Source: Chrysomallon squamiferum
Lineage: Eukaryota; Animalia; Mollusca
NCBI GenBank assembly: GCA_012295275.1
Contig: CM022678.1
Coordinates: 7,936,001-8,000,000 of the forward strand
DNA length: 64,000 nucleotides
Direction of reading: 5' to 3'
Shown here: piece by piece, positions 1 through 12,569 of the stretch
How the letters are laid out: the number at the start of each line of letters is the position of its first letter
How positions within the stretch are numbered: position 1 is the first letter of the stretch
Notes under the pieces: model-generated
What the model saw: only the letters and a program-made list of their open reading frames with translations
What the model was told of the DNA's origin: nothing
Database searches by the model: none
Made by a program: the position numbers and the translations under genes

Positions 1-3000
1 TATGAAATACTTTAATCACTTTAAACACTCTGCTCTCACTGATTATTTAGTTGAGCTTTTGTATTCGAGTTTTCTATCTTATTTTCTTAATACCAGTGAA
101 CACATCTCACATAACGGAGGCCACTCTAAATATACCAGTGAACACATCTCACATAGGGAGGCGACTCTAAATACCAGTGAACACATCTCACATAAGGGAG
201 GCAACTCTAAATATACCAGTGAACACATCTCACATAGGGGAGGCGACTCTAAATACCAGTGAACACATCTCACATAAGGGAGGCAACTCTAAATATACCA
301 GTGAACACATCTCACATAGGGGAGGCGACTCTAAATACCAGTGAACACCTCTCACATAGGGAAAGTAACTCTAAATATAGAAGTGAACACTTCTCGCATA
401 AGGGAGGCGACTCAAAATATATCAGTGAACATATTTCGCATAAGCTTTTATTTTTTTGATTGTTTTTCTTCAGCCAGTCTGTATTCTCTGTTTTCTATCT
501 GAGTAATCATATGAAGAAATTCAGTATGGAAATTCTAATCATGCTAATCAATGAAGTCCAGATACGATTTTATGTTTTATTATGAATAAAATTTGAAAAG
601 AATGCTCCGTTTAAATTGTACCACGCTTCGTTCTGTTTCGTTTGTTTTTTCTTTTTTTATTCATTTTTGTTCATTCTTTAAGCTGCTTCAATGTTTTCTT
701 TCTTTCTTTCTTTCCTTCTTTCTTTTCTTTCTATCCTTCCTTCTTTCTTTTCTATCTTTCTTTCTTTCTATCTTTTCCATCTTTTATTTCCCTATCTTTC
801 ATTCCATCCTTCCTTCTTTTTTCTACCTGTTACCATTTCTTTATTATTTATTTGTGAAATACTTTAATCACTTTAAACACTCTGCTCTCACTGATTATTT
901 AGTTGAGCTTTTGTATTCGAGTTTTCTATCTTATTTTCTTAATACCAGTGAACACATCTCACATAACGGAGGCCACTCTAAGTATACCAGTGAACACATC
1001 TCACATAGGGGAGGCGACTCTAAATACCAGTGAACACATCTCACCAGTGAACACATCTCACATAGGGGAGGCGACTCTAAATACCAGTGAACACCTCTCA
1101 CATAGGGAAAGTAACTCTAAATATAGAAGTGAACACTTCTCGCATAAGGGAGGCGACTCAAAATATATCAGTGAACATATTTCGCATAAGCTTTTATTTT
1201 TTTGATTGTTTTTCTTCAGTCAGTCAGTATTCTCTGTTTTCTTTCTCAGTAATCAAATGAATTCAGTATGGAAATTCTTATCCTGATAATCAATGCAGTC
1301 CACATACGATTTTATATTTTATTATGAATAAAATCTGAAAAGAATGCTGTGTTTAAATAGTACCACTCTTCGTTGTGTTTCCTTAGTTTTTTCTTTTCTT
1401 TTCTTATTCATTTTTGTTCATTTTTAAGCTGTTTCAATATTTTCTTTCTTTCTTTCTTTCCTTCTTTTTCTTTTCTTTCTATCCTTCCTTCTTTCTTTTC
1501 TATCTTTCTTTCTTTCTTTTCTTTCTATCTTTTCCATCTTTTATTTCCTATCTTTCATTCCATCCTTCCTTCTTTTTTCTACCTGTTACCATTTCTTTAT
1601 TATTTATTTATGAAATACTTTAATCACTTTAAACACTCTGCTCTCACTGATTATTTAGTTGAGCTTTTGTATTCGAGTTTTCTATCTTATTTTCTTAATA
1701 CCAGTGAACACATCTCACATAAGGGAGGCCACTCTAAATATACCAGTGAACACATTTCACATAGGGGAGGCGACTCTAAATACCAGTGAACATCTCTCAC
1801 ATAAGGGAGGCAACTCTAAGTATACCAGTGAACACATCTCACATAGAGGAGGCGACTCAAAATAGCAGTGAACACCTCTCACATAGGGAAAGTAACTCTA
1901 AATATAAAAGTGAACACTTGTCTCATAAGGGAGGCGACTCTAAATATATCAGTGAACATATTTCGCATAAGCTTTTATTTTTTTGATTGTTTTTCTTCAG
2001 TCAGTCAGTATTCTCTGTTTTTTTTCTTTCTCAGTAATCAATGAAATGAATTCAGTATGGAAATTCTTATCCTGATAATCCATAAAGTCCAGATACGATT
2101 TTATATTTTATTATGAATAAAATTTGAAAAAAAGAATGCTGCGTTTAAATAGTACCACTCTTCGTTCTTTTTCCGTTTTTTTTTTTTTTTTTTTTCTTTC
2201 ATTTTTTGTTCATTCTTTAATCTGTTTCAATATTTTCTTTCTTTCTTTCTTTCCTTCTTTTTCTTTTCTTTCTATCCTTCCTTCTTTCTTTTCTATCTTT
2301 CTTTTCTTTCTATCTTTTCCATCTTTTATTTCCTATCTTTCATTCCATCCTTCCTTCTTTTTTCTACGTGTTACCATTTCTTTATTATTTATTTGTGAAA
2401 TACTTTAATCACTTTAAACATTCTGCTCTCACTGATTATTTAATTAGGCTTTTGTATTCGAGTTTTCTATCTTATTTTCTTCATACCAGTGAACACATGT
2501 CGCATAAGGGAGGCCACTCTAACTATACCAGTGAACTCTTCTCACAAAAGCGGTCGAATCAAAGTACCACTGAACACCTCTCACATAGGGAAAGCAACTG
2601 TAAATATAGTAGTGAACACGTCTCGCATAAGGGAGGCAATTCTTAGTATACCAGTGAATACATCTCGAATATGGGAGGGAACTCTAAATATAAAAGTGAA
2701 CACATCTCACATAAGGGAGGCCACTCTAACTACACTTGTGAACACGTCTCCCATAGGGGTGGTCTCTAAATTTTGTTCAGTGAACTCATCTTACCAAAGT
2801 GGTCGACTCAAAATAGCAGTGAACACATCGCACATAGGCGAGGCCACTCTAAGTATACCAGTGAACCCATCTCACATAGGGGAGGCGGCTCTAAATATAC
2901 CAGTGAACCCATCTCACATAGGGGAGGCGATTCTAAATGTAGTAGTGAACACTTCTCACATAAGGGAGTAGACTCTAAATATACCAGTGAAACATCTCGC

Positions 3001-3397
3001 ATAAGGGAGGCCACTCTATATATACCAGTGAAGGCATCTCGCATAAGCTTTTATTTATTTTTTCTTCAGTCATTTAGTATTCTCTGCTTTCTTTCTCGGT
3101 AATCAACTGAACAAATTCAGTATGGTAATTCTTATACTGCTGATCAATGCTTTCCATAAATGATTTTATATTTTATTTTGAATATAGGCTGTAAAGAATG
3201 CTGCCTTTAAAGAGTACCACGCTTCGTTCTGTTTCTTTAGTTATTTCTTTTTTAATCTTTCTTTTTGTTCTTTTTTTAAGTTGTTTGAATATTTTCTTTC
3301 GTTTCTTTCTTTCTTTCCTGCTTTCTTATCTTTCTATCCTTCCTTTTTTCTTTTTATCTTTCTTTCTTTTCTTTCTATCATTTCCATCTTTTATTTC
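1..3397. repeat. Composite satellite: ~760-850 bp units, each a CT-rich tract plus a nested 38-40 bp minisatellite (ATACCAGTGAACACATCTCACATA(A/G)GGGAGGCGACTCTAAAT)
   Basis: Anchor TGAAATACTTTAATCACTTTAAACA recurs at ~3, ~854, ~1611 and ~2396. The number of internal monomers varies between units. The last unit is more diverged and is cut off by the LTR at 3398. The array runs off the left edge of the window. Confidence 0.95.
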
Positions 3398-3585
3398 TGT
3401 TGTATTTAAATGGTGTTATAGTTAACATTGTTACAGTTTACGATGTTTAAGGGAACCGGAATAAGGGAGATAGGATATGAAGTCACCGAGAGCGTGCGTT
3501 AGTTTTGTTCGTAGCAATTTTTGAAACGAAATAAATTTTTTGGAAACTGAAATGAACTTTAAGCTTTTAATGATAAAACATAACA
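3398..3585 (+). repeat. 5' LTR (188 bp)
   Basis: Runs TGTTGTATTTAAATGG...AAAACATAACA and is a direct repeat of 8043-8243. Confidence 0.95.
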
Positions 3586-3587
3586 TT

Positions 3588-3605
3588 TGGCGACGAGGAT
3601 GGGAT
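3588..3605 (+). promoter_or_regulatory. Primer-binding site complementary to the 3' end of tRNA-Ser(GCU)
   Basis: TGGCGACGAGGATGGGAT lies 2 nt after the LTR. It is the reverse complement of ...ATCCCATCCTCGTCG-CCA, the metazoan tRNA-Ser(GCU) 3' end as I recall it. Confidence 0.85.
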
Positions 3606-3648
3606 AACATTTGTTGAATTGTTTCCTGAAATTAACTATTTATGAAAT

Positions 3649-4302
3649 ATGGCTACCTACGGTAAAGTTGAAGAGTTTGATCTAGAAAGTTCCGATTGGG
3701 ATGAATACATCGAACGTTTTGAACAGTATCTGCTGGCGAATGATGTAGACGATGCCGAAAAGAAACGTTCCATTTTGTTGTCCGTATGTGGTGCCAAGAC
3801 TTACAGGTTGATTCGAAATCTGACTTCGCCTGAGAAACCGGCAAGTAAGACTTACGAACAATTGAAAACTTTGATAGGAAATCATCTCAAACCAAAACCT
3901 TTGGTGATTGCGGAACGGTTCAAATTCTATCAACGGAAACAAGAGCCCGGAGAGACTGTAAGTGAATTTTTGGCTGAATTAAGAAAATTGACAGAACATT
4001 GTGAATTTTTGACTGAAGCATTAAGAGACATTTTGGTTTGTGGTCTGTCTCAAAAGTCTATACAGAAAAAACTTCTCTCTGAACATGACTTACCACTGAG
4101 GAAAGCCTTGCAAACAGCTGTTAGTATGGAAATGTCAGCTAGAGAAACTAACATGCTGAAAATTGGAATCAAGTCAGAAACGGAAAAGTTCCACAAACTT
4201 TCTGTCATTGAATGCTTCCGGTGTGGTAAAACTAATCATCATCATGATGCATGTTTTTACAAAAAGGCAAACTGTTACAAGTGTAATGAAAGAGACATTT
4301 GA
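3649..4302 (+). pseudogene. gag: Gag of the LTR element, frameshifted at the second zinc knuckle
   Basis: 217-aa ORF containing WDEYIERFEQY, ERFKFYQRKQEPGETV, CFRCGKTNHHHDAC and CYKCNER. Confidence 0.9.
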
Positions 4303-4686
4303 GTAGAAAATGTCAAAATCAAAAGAAAAAAAATAGAAAGACAGGAAAGCAAACAGAAGGAAAAAAGAAAAAAGAAATTTCCAAAGTTGAAAAAGAAAAA
4401 TTCTAAACTTCATGTTGTGAATCAAGATTCTGATAGGGACCTTACAGAATCAGAAAGTGGTCCCAGTGATTAGGAAAGTGAAACTGCTGGATTTAAAAAT
4501 TCATGAGATTCATGAAGAATCTAGACGTAACAAAACTGAATCAGAAATTATAAAAGCTGTTCTAGAAAGTAAAGAGGTTGCAGTGGAAAGAAATGACAGT
4601 GATTTTGAAAGTCAATTTTCACAGTGAAATCTACAAAAATGAAAGAAATTCAAATTTCATTGGAACTGAATAGTGTGCAATTCAAA

Positions 4687-7600
4687 ATGGAAGTAGATAC
4701 TGGTGCTTCTAATTTCTAATAAGAGTTATCAGGAAAAATTGAAGAAAACAGTGCCATTGAAATCAACAACGATTGTGTTGAAAACTTATACAGATGAAGT
4801 TGTGCCAGTCCTTGGGCAGATTGAGGTGATTGTTAAATATGGAAAGCAGAAAAAACTTTTGCCTTTAATTGTTGTGAAAGAAAATGGACCAGCTTTGTTT
4901 GGACAGAATTGGTTCCAAAACATTCAGTTGGACTGGAACAGTATTAAGCTTACGAAAGCTTCGAAGATGAAAGCCTGTGGAAACCCTGAAGATTTGTTCA
5001 GTAGATATTCAATTTTTTCAAATGAGCTGGGAACAGTAAAAGGAATAACACCTCATCTGAAACTGAAAGAGGATGCTACTCCAAAGTTTTTCAAGGCTAG
5101 GCCAGTACCTTATGCTTTGAAGGACAAGATAGCTGATGAACTTCACAGACTTGAAGCAGAAGGAATAGTAGAAAAGGTGGATTTTTCTGAATGGGCTTCT
5201 CCTATTGTTTTAAAACCTGACAATACCATTCGCATTTGTGGCCATTACAAGGTTACCATAAATCCTGTGTTGGAAGTGCCTGAATACCATTTGCCCACTG
5301 CAGAAGACATTTTCAGCAAACTCAAAGGAGGATAAAAGTTCTCCAAATTGGATTTGTCACATGAATACCAGCAAGTGTTGCTCGATGAAGAGTCGAGGAA
5401 CTCTGTCACAATCAATACTCACCTTGGATTTATTGCTATACAAGGTTTCCATTTCGAGTTGCTGCAGCGCCTGCTATTTTTCAGCAAACTATGGACAAAG
5501 TGCTTCAAGGGCTAAACGGTGTAGGTTACATTTTGCATGACATCATAGTCACTGGAAAGGATGACACCAAACACTTGAAACATTTGAACAATACTTTGAA
5601 AAGCCTTGAAAAATATGGAATTCAACTGAAAAATTCCAAATGTGCATTGATGAAAGATGAAGTTGAGTACTTTGCATTTATTGTGAACAAAAATGGGATT
5701 CATCCTTCTGAAAGAAAAGCTGAAGCTATTCTGAAAGTGCCTGAACCTAAGAACAAGAGTGAGTTGCAATCTTCATTAGGTATTGTGAATTACTATCACA
5801 AGTTTGTACCCAACATGTCAACAGTGGTAGCACTGCTAACAGCGTTGTTAACCAAAGATTTACAGTGGAAATGGAGTGATGATTGTCACCAAGCATTTTC
5901 CAAAGTGGAAAAACTGTTAGTATCATCTAAAATTCTTGTCCACTATGACTCGATGAAACCAGTAATGTTGGCAGTACATGCATCTGCAAATGGTCTTGGA
6001 GTGGTAATATCACATGGAAATAATGGATTGGAGAGGCCAATAGCATGTGCTTCTTGAACTCTGACATCAGCAGAATGCAAGTATTCCCAGATTGAGAAAG
6101 AAGCACTGGAAAAATATTTTGGAATACACAAGTTCCATCAGTACATTTGGTGGAAGATTTACTTTGTTCACAGATCATAAACCACTGACAATGATTCTTG
6201 GACCTAAAAAGAATATTTCTGTTCTTACAGCTTCTTGACTGCAGCGTTGGGCTATTCAGTTAGCTGCATATCAGTTTGACATTAAGTACAGAAAAACTAC
6301 AAAAAATGGAAATGCTGATGCATTGTCCCGACTGCCATTTCTGCAAACTGAAGAAATATCTGAAAGTATGTTTTGGCATGAAGACAAGCAAGCAATGAGA
6401 AATCAAGTCAATGGATTACCTATCACTGCAAGAAATATTGCGAAAGCAACTGAAGTTGACAAAGTGTCATCTCATGTTGTACATTATAACATGTATGGAT
6501 GGCCAAAAGAGTCATCTATTTCACATGAGCTGTTACGTTATTTCAGAGTAAAAGATGAATTAACAGTGGAGGAACATTGTCTTCTCAGAGGAATGCGAGT
6601 GATTATTCCCAGTAAATATCGAACAGATTATATTCATGAAAATCATCCTGGAATTGTGCGTATGAAATCTTTGGCTAGATTGCATGTGTGGTGGCCTCAT
6701 ATGGATATTGACAGAGAACAGAAAGTTATCAAGTGTAAGTGTTGCCAACTACAACAAACAGTCATGCCAAAAAATACAGCTAATGCAAGGATTTGGCCCA
6801 CAATGGCACAGAATACATATTGATTTTGCTGGACCATTCATGAAAGAAATGTTCATGATTATGGTGGATGCACATTCTAAATGGATGGAAGTTTTTCGTA
6901 TATCTAGTACCAGAGCAATGCATGCAGTCGGGACATTGAGAAATTTCTTCGCAAGTTATGGAATGCCAGAACAGTTGATTTCTGATAGTGGACCTCAGTT
7001 TGTTGCAGAGGAATTTGAAACATTTCTTAAGAAAAATGGAGTGAAACACATCAAATCAGCTCCATACCATCCAAGTTCAAATGGTGAGGCAGAAAGAGCT
7101 GTTCGTACTTTCAAAACTGCAATGAAAACAGTTGAATATGAGTCACGAACCATGAACCAGAAGATTTTATCATTCTTGTTTGTGTATCGGAACACTCAGC
7201 ACTGTACTACAAAATGTACTCCATCAGAATTGTTTCTTGGCAGAGGTGTTTGAACGAGATTGGATATCTTGCGTCCAAGTTTGGAGAATCTGTTAAAAAG
7301 AGAACTATTCCAAAAGCAAGTAAAACACGGGTGTTCAATGTTGGAGATTCAGTACAAGTGAAGAACTACAGAGGATCTGACAACTTGTTGAGTGGAAAAG
7401 TACTGTGTCAGCTAGGGCCTGTTACCTACAGAGTGAAAGTTGGAGATTTTGTGTGTAAAAGACATGTGGATCAGCTTCGTAAAGGTGCATATTTGGAGGA
7501 TAATAGGAACCATTCCACAGAACTGTCTGCAGTTGGTGCTGAGTCTGAAATGGAATTTGTTGAACCAACCGTTCAGGTGGAAGAGACTGAGATGAAGAAC

Positions 7601-7725
7601 AGAACGGTTACTTTTAATGCCATCGACGATACTGTTGACTTTGTACCACAGCTACCAATACAGTCTACCCTGAGATAACCTAGACGTGCAAGAAAAATAA
7701 CTCAAAGACTGATAGAAACTATTTA
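4687..7725 (+). pseudogene. pol: Pol (protease, RT, RNase H, integrase), broken by stops and frameshifts
   Basis: Protease MEVDTG at ~4687. RT WASPIV..IRICG, with YLDD decayed to YILHDII. RNase H LAV(H)AS..GLG. Integrase HENHPG..C..C, HIDFAGP, SDSGPQF and SNGEAER. Confidence 0.92.
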
Positions 7726-8032
7726 AAGTGATTTAATCTGAATCTTTGTAATACGGAATTCATTGAAAGATTGTAGAATTATTGTTACTTTTTACTTTAT
7801 TTTTTTTAAATAAGTTTTGTTATTTGAAGTTCCATATGTGACCAATGGGCATACTTGATAAACTAATTGAACTATTATGGTGTCCAAAGAAAAACAAAAT
7901 AATAAAAAAATTGAATTTTATTTGTTTTAAGTTCAAAGTTCAGTTGTTTAATTATTACTAATTAGTAAATCACACAAACTTACTTTAGAATTTTAGATAT
8001 AACATAATTTGTGAGTAAACTGAAAATTTTGT

Positions 8033-8042
8033 GGGGAGGAAG
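8033..8042 (+). promoter_or_regulatory. Polypurine tract
   Basis: GGGGAGGAAG lies immediately before the 3' LTR. Confidence 0.85.
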
Positions 8043-8243
8043 TGTTGTATCTAAATGGTGTTATAGTTAACATTGTTACAGTTTATGATGTTTAGGGGAA
8101 CCAGAATAAGGGAGATATTATTATATGACATCACTTGGAGCATGTGTTAGTTTGCGTTATGTTTTGTTTGTAGCCATTTTTGAAATGAAATAAATTGTTT
8201 GGAAACCGAAATGAACTTTATCTTTTAATGTTAAAACATAACA
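8043..8243 (+). repeat. 3' LTR (201 bp)
   Basis: Runs TGTTGTATCTAAATGG...AAAACATAACA. Several CG dinucleotides of the 5' LTR read TG or CA here. Confidence 0.95.
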
Positions 8244-8581
8244 AGAAGAAATTAGTTTAGATTTGGGATTAAATGCCTTTCATTAATTTTTATTTCTGAA
8301 TCTTTTTTGTTTATGAGAAATAATGCCTGCCAAAACAGTCTGCTAGATCATTTTAGAAGTTCAAGATGAAAGAGGAAATAAAAGAGAGAAATATACTCAG
8401 TGAATACAGATAAAACAAACTAATAGCTGGAAACTATTTTGTGTTTGTTAATTGTGGCTGATTCAGTTTTACTTCCAAAATTGCTAAATAAGTCATCTTG
8501 TTTTGCAAACTTAATTGTGCAAGCTGAAAATAAATCTCTTTCTGGTTTTGCAGGTGATTTTGAGAAAAAACCCACCTGAAG

Positions 8582-10903
8582 ATGACAAATTCATCTGATA
8601 CTGTTACTAGACAATCAGAGGAAGTCAATAAAGCAGGGACCTGTTCTGAAGTAAGTGGTTTTATAATAATAAATAACAGTAATGTGTTTAAGTACATATG
8701 TACATATGTACATAGGAATGGCCAGTCGCCAAATGCTACCAAAGTTCTGTTTGGGTGACTGGGATGTTAAAAAAATGATGGGTTGGTTGCCAAAAAAATT
8801 GTATTTGAGCAACCTTTTTTTTTTTTTTATATATAAATCATAAAACAAATCAATGAATCTTGCTGCCAAATATCGTAAAATCTGACTGTGACCATTTGCA
8901 TCATCTCAGCCGAATACGTGGACAAATTTGAACCTTCTTAACTTCAGTTGTCTGCTTTGAGCTGTTACGATGTTTTTCATTTTCTCTTTGAATTGATTTG
9001 TTTAATTGCTTTGTTAAAAAACATTCGACAAAGTAGAATTTCAATATAAAATATGTTGGCATATTTGCAAAAGTGACTCTTCGAAGCATATTTTTAACCT
9101 TATTTTGAAAGTTAACTCCCAAATCAGTACACTATTTTTCTTCACTTAAAAGCTGAATATTTTTTGTTTGGGCTACCAATTATTGTTATCCTGGTTGAAG
9201 CCATTTGGATGGTATGGCTTATTAGCTTTCTGGCAAGAATATAGCTTAGTGGCAGGCTGCATTGTAGTGATGACAGCTAATATAAATGTTAAATCTGAGT
9301 TTATAGGCCTTTACTACTGGTTTAGTCAAACCAGATTGTTGTACCTTTATCAACATTATTATTATTATTATTATTATTATTATGATTATGATTATTATTG
9401 ATGTAGTGAATGACATTTTGTATAATTGTCCTTGTGAGTTAAACACCAGAAATGCTGGTAATGTCATGCCTTTCAGATAATCAGGCTGTATAATATTATT
9501 GTAAACTGGAATTCAGAATTTATTATAATTTACTAAGTTTATTTAACAATCAAGCTAATTGATTTTGAACAAACAAAATTCAAAACCATAAACAACTAAA
9601 GCAACAAAATAATAAAATGCAAAGAATAAATAAAGCAATAGTACAACTAAATTAATAAGTTAAGTTAAAATGGGACAAAAATTATCTGTCAAACAAATAA
9701 TGTAGCATTCTCTTCATTTTGTTCCTAGTCTTGGATAGATAAAAAATACATTTGTTAAGCCAGTAATATTAAGTTCAGTTGATAGGTGTCTGATTGAGAA
9801 AATTCTTTGATATACTCAATGGCTGCTATATTTCTATCTCATTTGTTATACCACCATTTCCACAGGATAGTGAAAGAAACACTTACCAACAAACCATTAT
9901 TAAAATATTCCTACTTATGACTGAGAAAATGAAGCTTGACATGTTCAAACTTGAACAGACATTTACTATTTGAAAAGTAAACATAAATAATGTAATTACG
10001 GTATATTTGTTTATGTTCTTTGGTCTGGTTACAGGATCATCCTCTTATTATATACAAAGTAGATTGGATTGTAATATCTGGACGATTCTAACTAATAGCA
10101 TATAAGCCCAGCTGGCTATTAAACAAATTAGTTTGTTTCAGTGTATTCATAATTCTAATTATGATAAATTAATTAATCAAATTACAAAATTAAACCAGAT
10201 TATTTTAATTAATTTTCTGTTCTATATTTATTATTTAGATAAATCTGGCTAAAAAAAGGGTATGTACAAAATACTCAATATACAAATAGTAGGAAACTGT
10301 GACTCATACATCAAAGCAGATAGTTGTTTAAATACAGCTATCGTACCACCAGCACAACTTTGGATCCTGTGATGTTGAACATTTCACAGGTTTTTCTTGA
10401 CCAGCTTGGGTTAAAAGACACAGGAAGACCTTTCAGGTAAGTCAGACATAAGACAGATCAGTAGATTTTATACTTATGTAGTTTGTTTGATATCTTTAAA
10501 TGTTCTTAATTTATATTTTTGCAGGGAGAGCAAGGGATATTAAATTTATTTTAATTTTAATTTTATTTTTTACTTCTTTTTTTTCATGAACTAAAATTGA
10601 ATTTTAAATAATTATTTAAAAATATATAATTGCAACATGAATAGTAATAATAGCAACAGCAACAACCACCACCACCAGAACAACAAGAATAATAATAATT
10701 AAAATAAAACAAAATCTGTAAAAAACAGTATTTCAGTTTTTGATTCTGTTTTATAAAAATTCCCAGAAAGGCTGTTAATTCAGATTATGTAAGAAAAAAA
10801 TGTAAATTATTTGTTGCTGAACTGAACGCTGTTAAGAATTTATTCATATCTTTGTTGTAACTGATGTATTTAATTAAGGATGGCATTGTGTTTGGGGTTT
10901 TTG

Positions 10904-10948
<45 letters not shown>

Positions 10949-12283
10949 AAAAATAATTATTTAATTTCAGGAACAGTTAATGGCAGTGAAAAAGTCTTTT
11001 GGTAATGTCATTAACCAATCCTTAGTCAACATTCTATGAAATTTCTTAATTATTCATAGAAAATTTATTATTAAATATGATTGGAAAATAAAATGCATTT
11101 TTATATTTCAACACTAAAGAAGACAATTTATAAGATGAAAGTTCTATTATTTGCTGGTTTTTTGTTGTAGTAGTTTGTGAGGTTTTTTTTTTGTTTTTTT
11201 AATTAAAAATATAATCTATACAGCTGTTGTTTTATTTTATTTATTTTTATTAATTAAGAATGAGTTTAATTTGTTTTGGTCCAGGTTCTGAAAGATCCAT
11301 GTCTATGTGTGGATTGAAAGCTGCTATAAAGGTATTGTTTTATTCATTCACTTTGGTGTTTTATAACTCATTTCATTAAGAATAAATTTAATCAAGAATG
11401 CTGACAATTTATTTTTATGTACAGAATAGTATTGATAATTTTATATAAATGTTTCAGAAAGCATGCTATTTGCTTGATATTTTAAATGTTTAGTTTAGGT
11501 AGTATAGAATTAATGTAATAATAGTTTATGCACCAACAAACCTTGTATATTTGCATATTAGCCTAATAGAGTAGTGAACAGAACAGTTGTATAAATTTGT
11601 AATTTGCTGTTATTATTTGATTGTCAGAATAATCTCAAATGTATTTTCATCATGTTAGTATATTAATATTTCAAGTAGATTCAGTATTAGAAGACCATTT
11701 TCTTACTGTCTAATGTAATACTATATAAGTTTAAAATGTTTATTTACTTAATATTCCTGGCAGTCATCTTAAACAGGACTAAAAGACTAAAACAGTGTAA
11801 ATATCAAATTGCACCAAATTGCAAAATTATTCAAATATATTAAAAAATATTTTTCATAATCTCTTTTATTAATGTATTGCTATTTTAATCCTTTTATATA
11901 AAAGTTAAAAAAATAATGTTAAACTGATTGTAATTAAGAATATAAAAACATTTAATAAATTATTTTTGTTAAACTTACATATGGAAAAAAATAAAAATGT
12001 GGACTAAAATTCTGCTTGATAAGACAGTGAAATATTGACAACAAAAATACTACTTGCACTTTATTTTATGTTTACTTTATTTTATGTTTAGTTTATTAAT
12101 GAATATTATATTTTGTTGTAGGATCCTAGACAACAGATTCAAGCTGCCATAGCCAGCACTTCAGTTGAAAATGCTTTTAAGACCCATTTTTGGAAAAGGT
12201 TAACTAGAGCACCAGAATGCTATTACTTCACAGTCTTCCCTGTCCAGAGAAAGCACAACACTTTCAAGAGAAAATCTGTCTGA
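8582..12283 (+). other. Possible small multi-exon gene or pseudogene of unknown family
   Basis: AG/GT-bounded segments at 8554(ATG 8582)-8650, 10390-10436, 10971-11001, 11285-11331 and 12122-12283(TGA). Phases join except at one junction, which needs a 10-nt segment (10525-10534) whose donor reads GG. Confidence 0.3.
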
Positions 12284-12569
12284 AATCAGTCTCAATTGAA
12301 TTTATAAATATTGAGAAAATCATGGAAAAATAAATCAGAAGGGAAATCATTTTGAAAACTCAAATGAGACTGCATGTCAATGTGATCAGAACATCCAGTG
12401 TACACACTGTACTTCATAGCAGCTTGCACTGTTTTTATCATTGATGTGGTGTGCATGGTTATTCTAATTTTTCTCACTGAAAGAGGAATGGAGATTCATC
12501 ATTGCTATGGAATGCCATCTTTGTAAATCAGCTAAAATTAATGTGACAACCTTATTTTTTTGTTTATCT

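Larger units (their letters stand above)
3398..8243 (+). mobile_element. Ty3/Gypsy LTR retrotransposon (Mag/K02A2.6-like), degenerate
   Basis: Two TG...CA LTRs, a PBS and a PPT are present. Gag carries CCHC knuckles. Pol motifs occur in PR-RT-RNaseH-IN order, which is the Gypsy order. Confidence 0.96.

Noticed and set aside
90-3050. 38-40 bp repeats as a CRISPR array, or the TSEHISH ORFs as a repeat protein
   Set aside because: There are no unique spacers and no cas genes, and the context is eukaryotic. Unit lengths are not multiples of 3, so the ORFs shift frame constantly.
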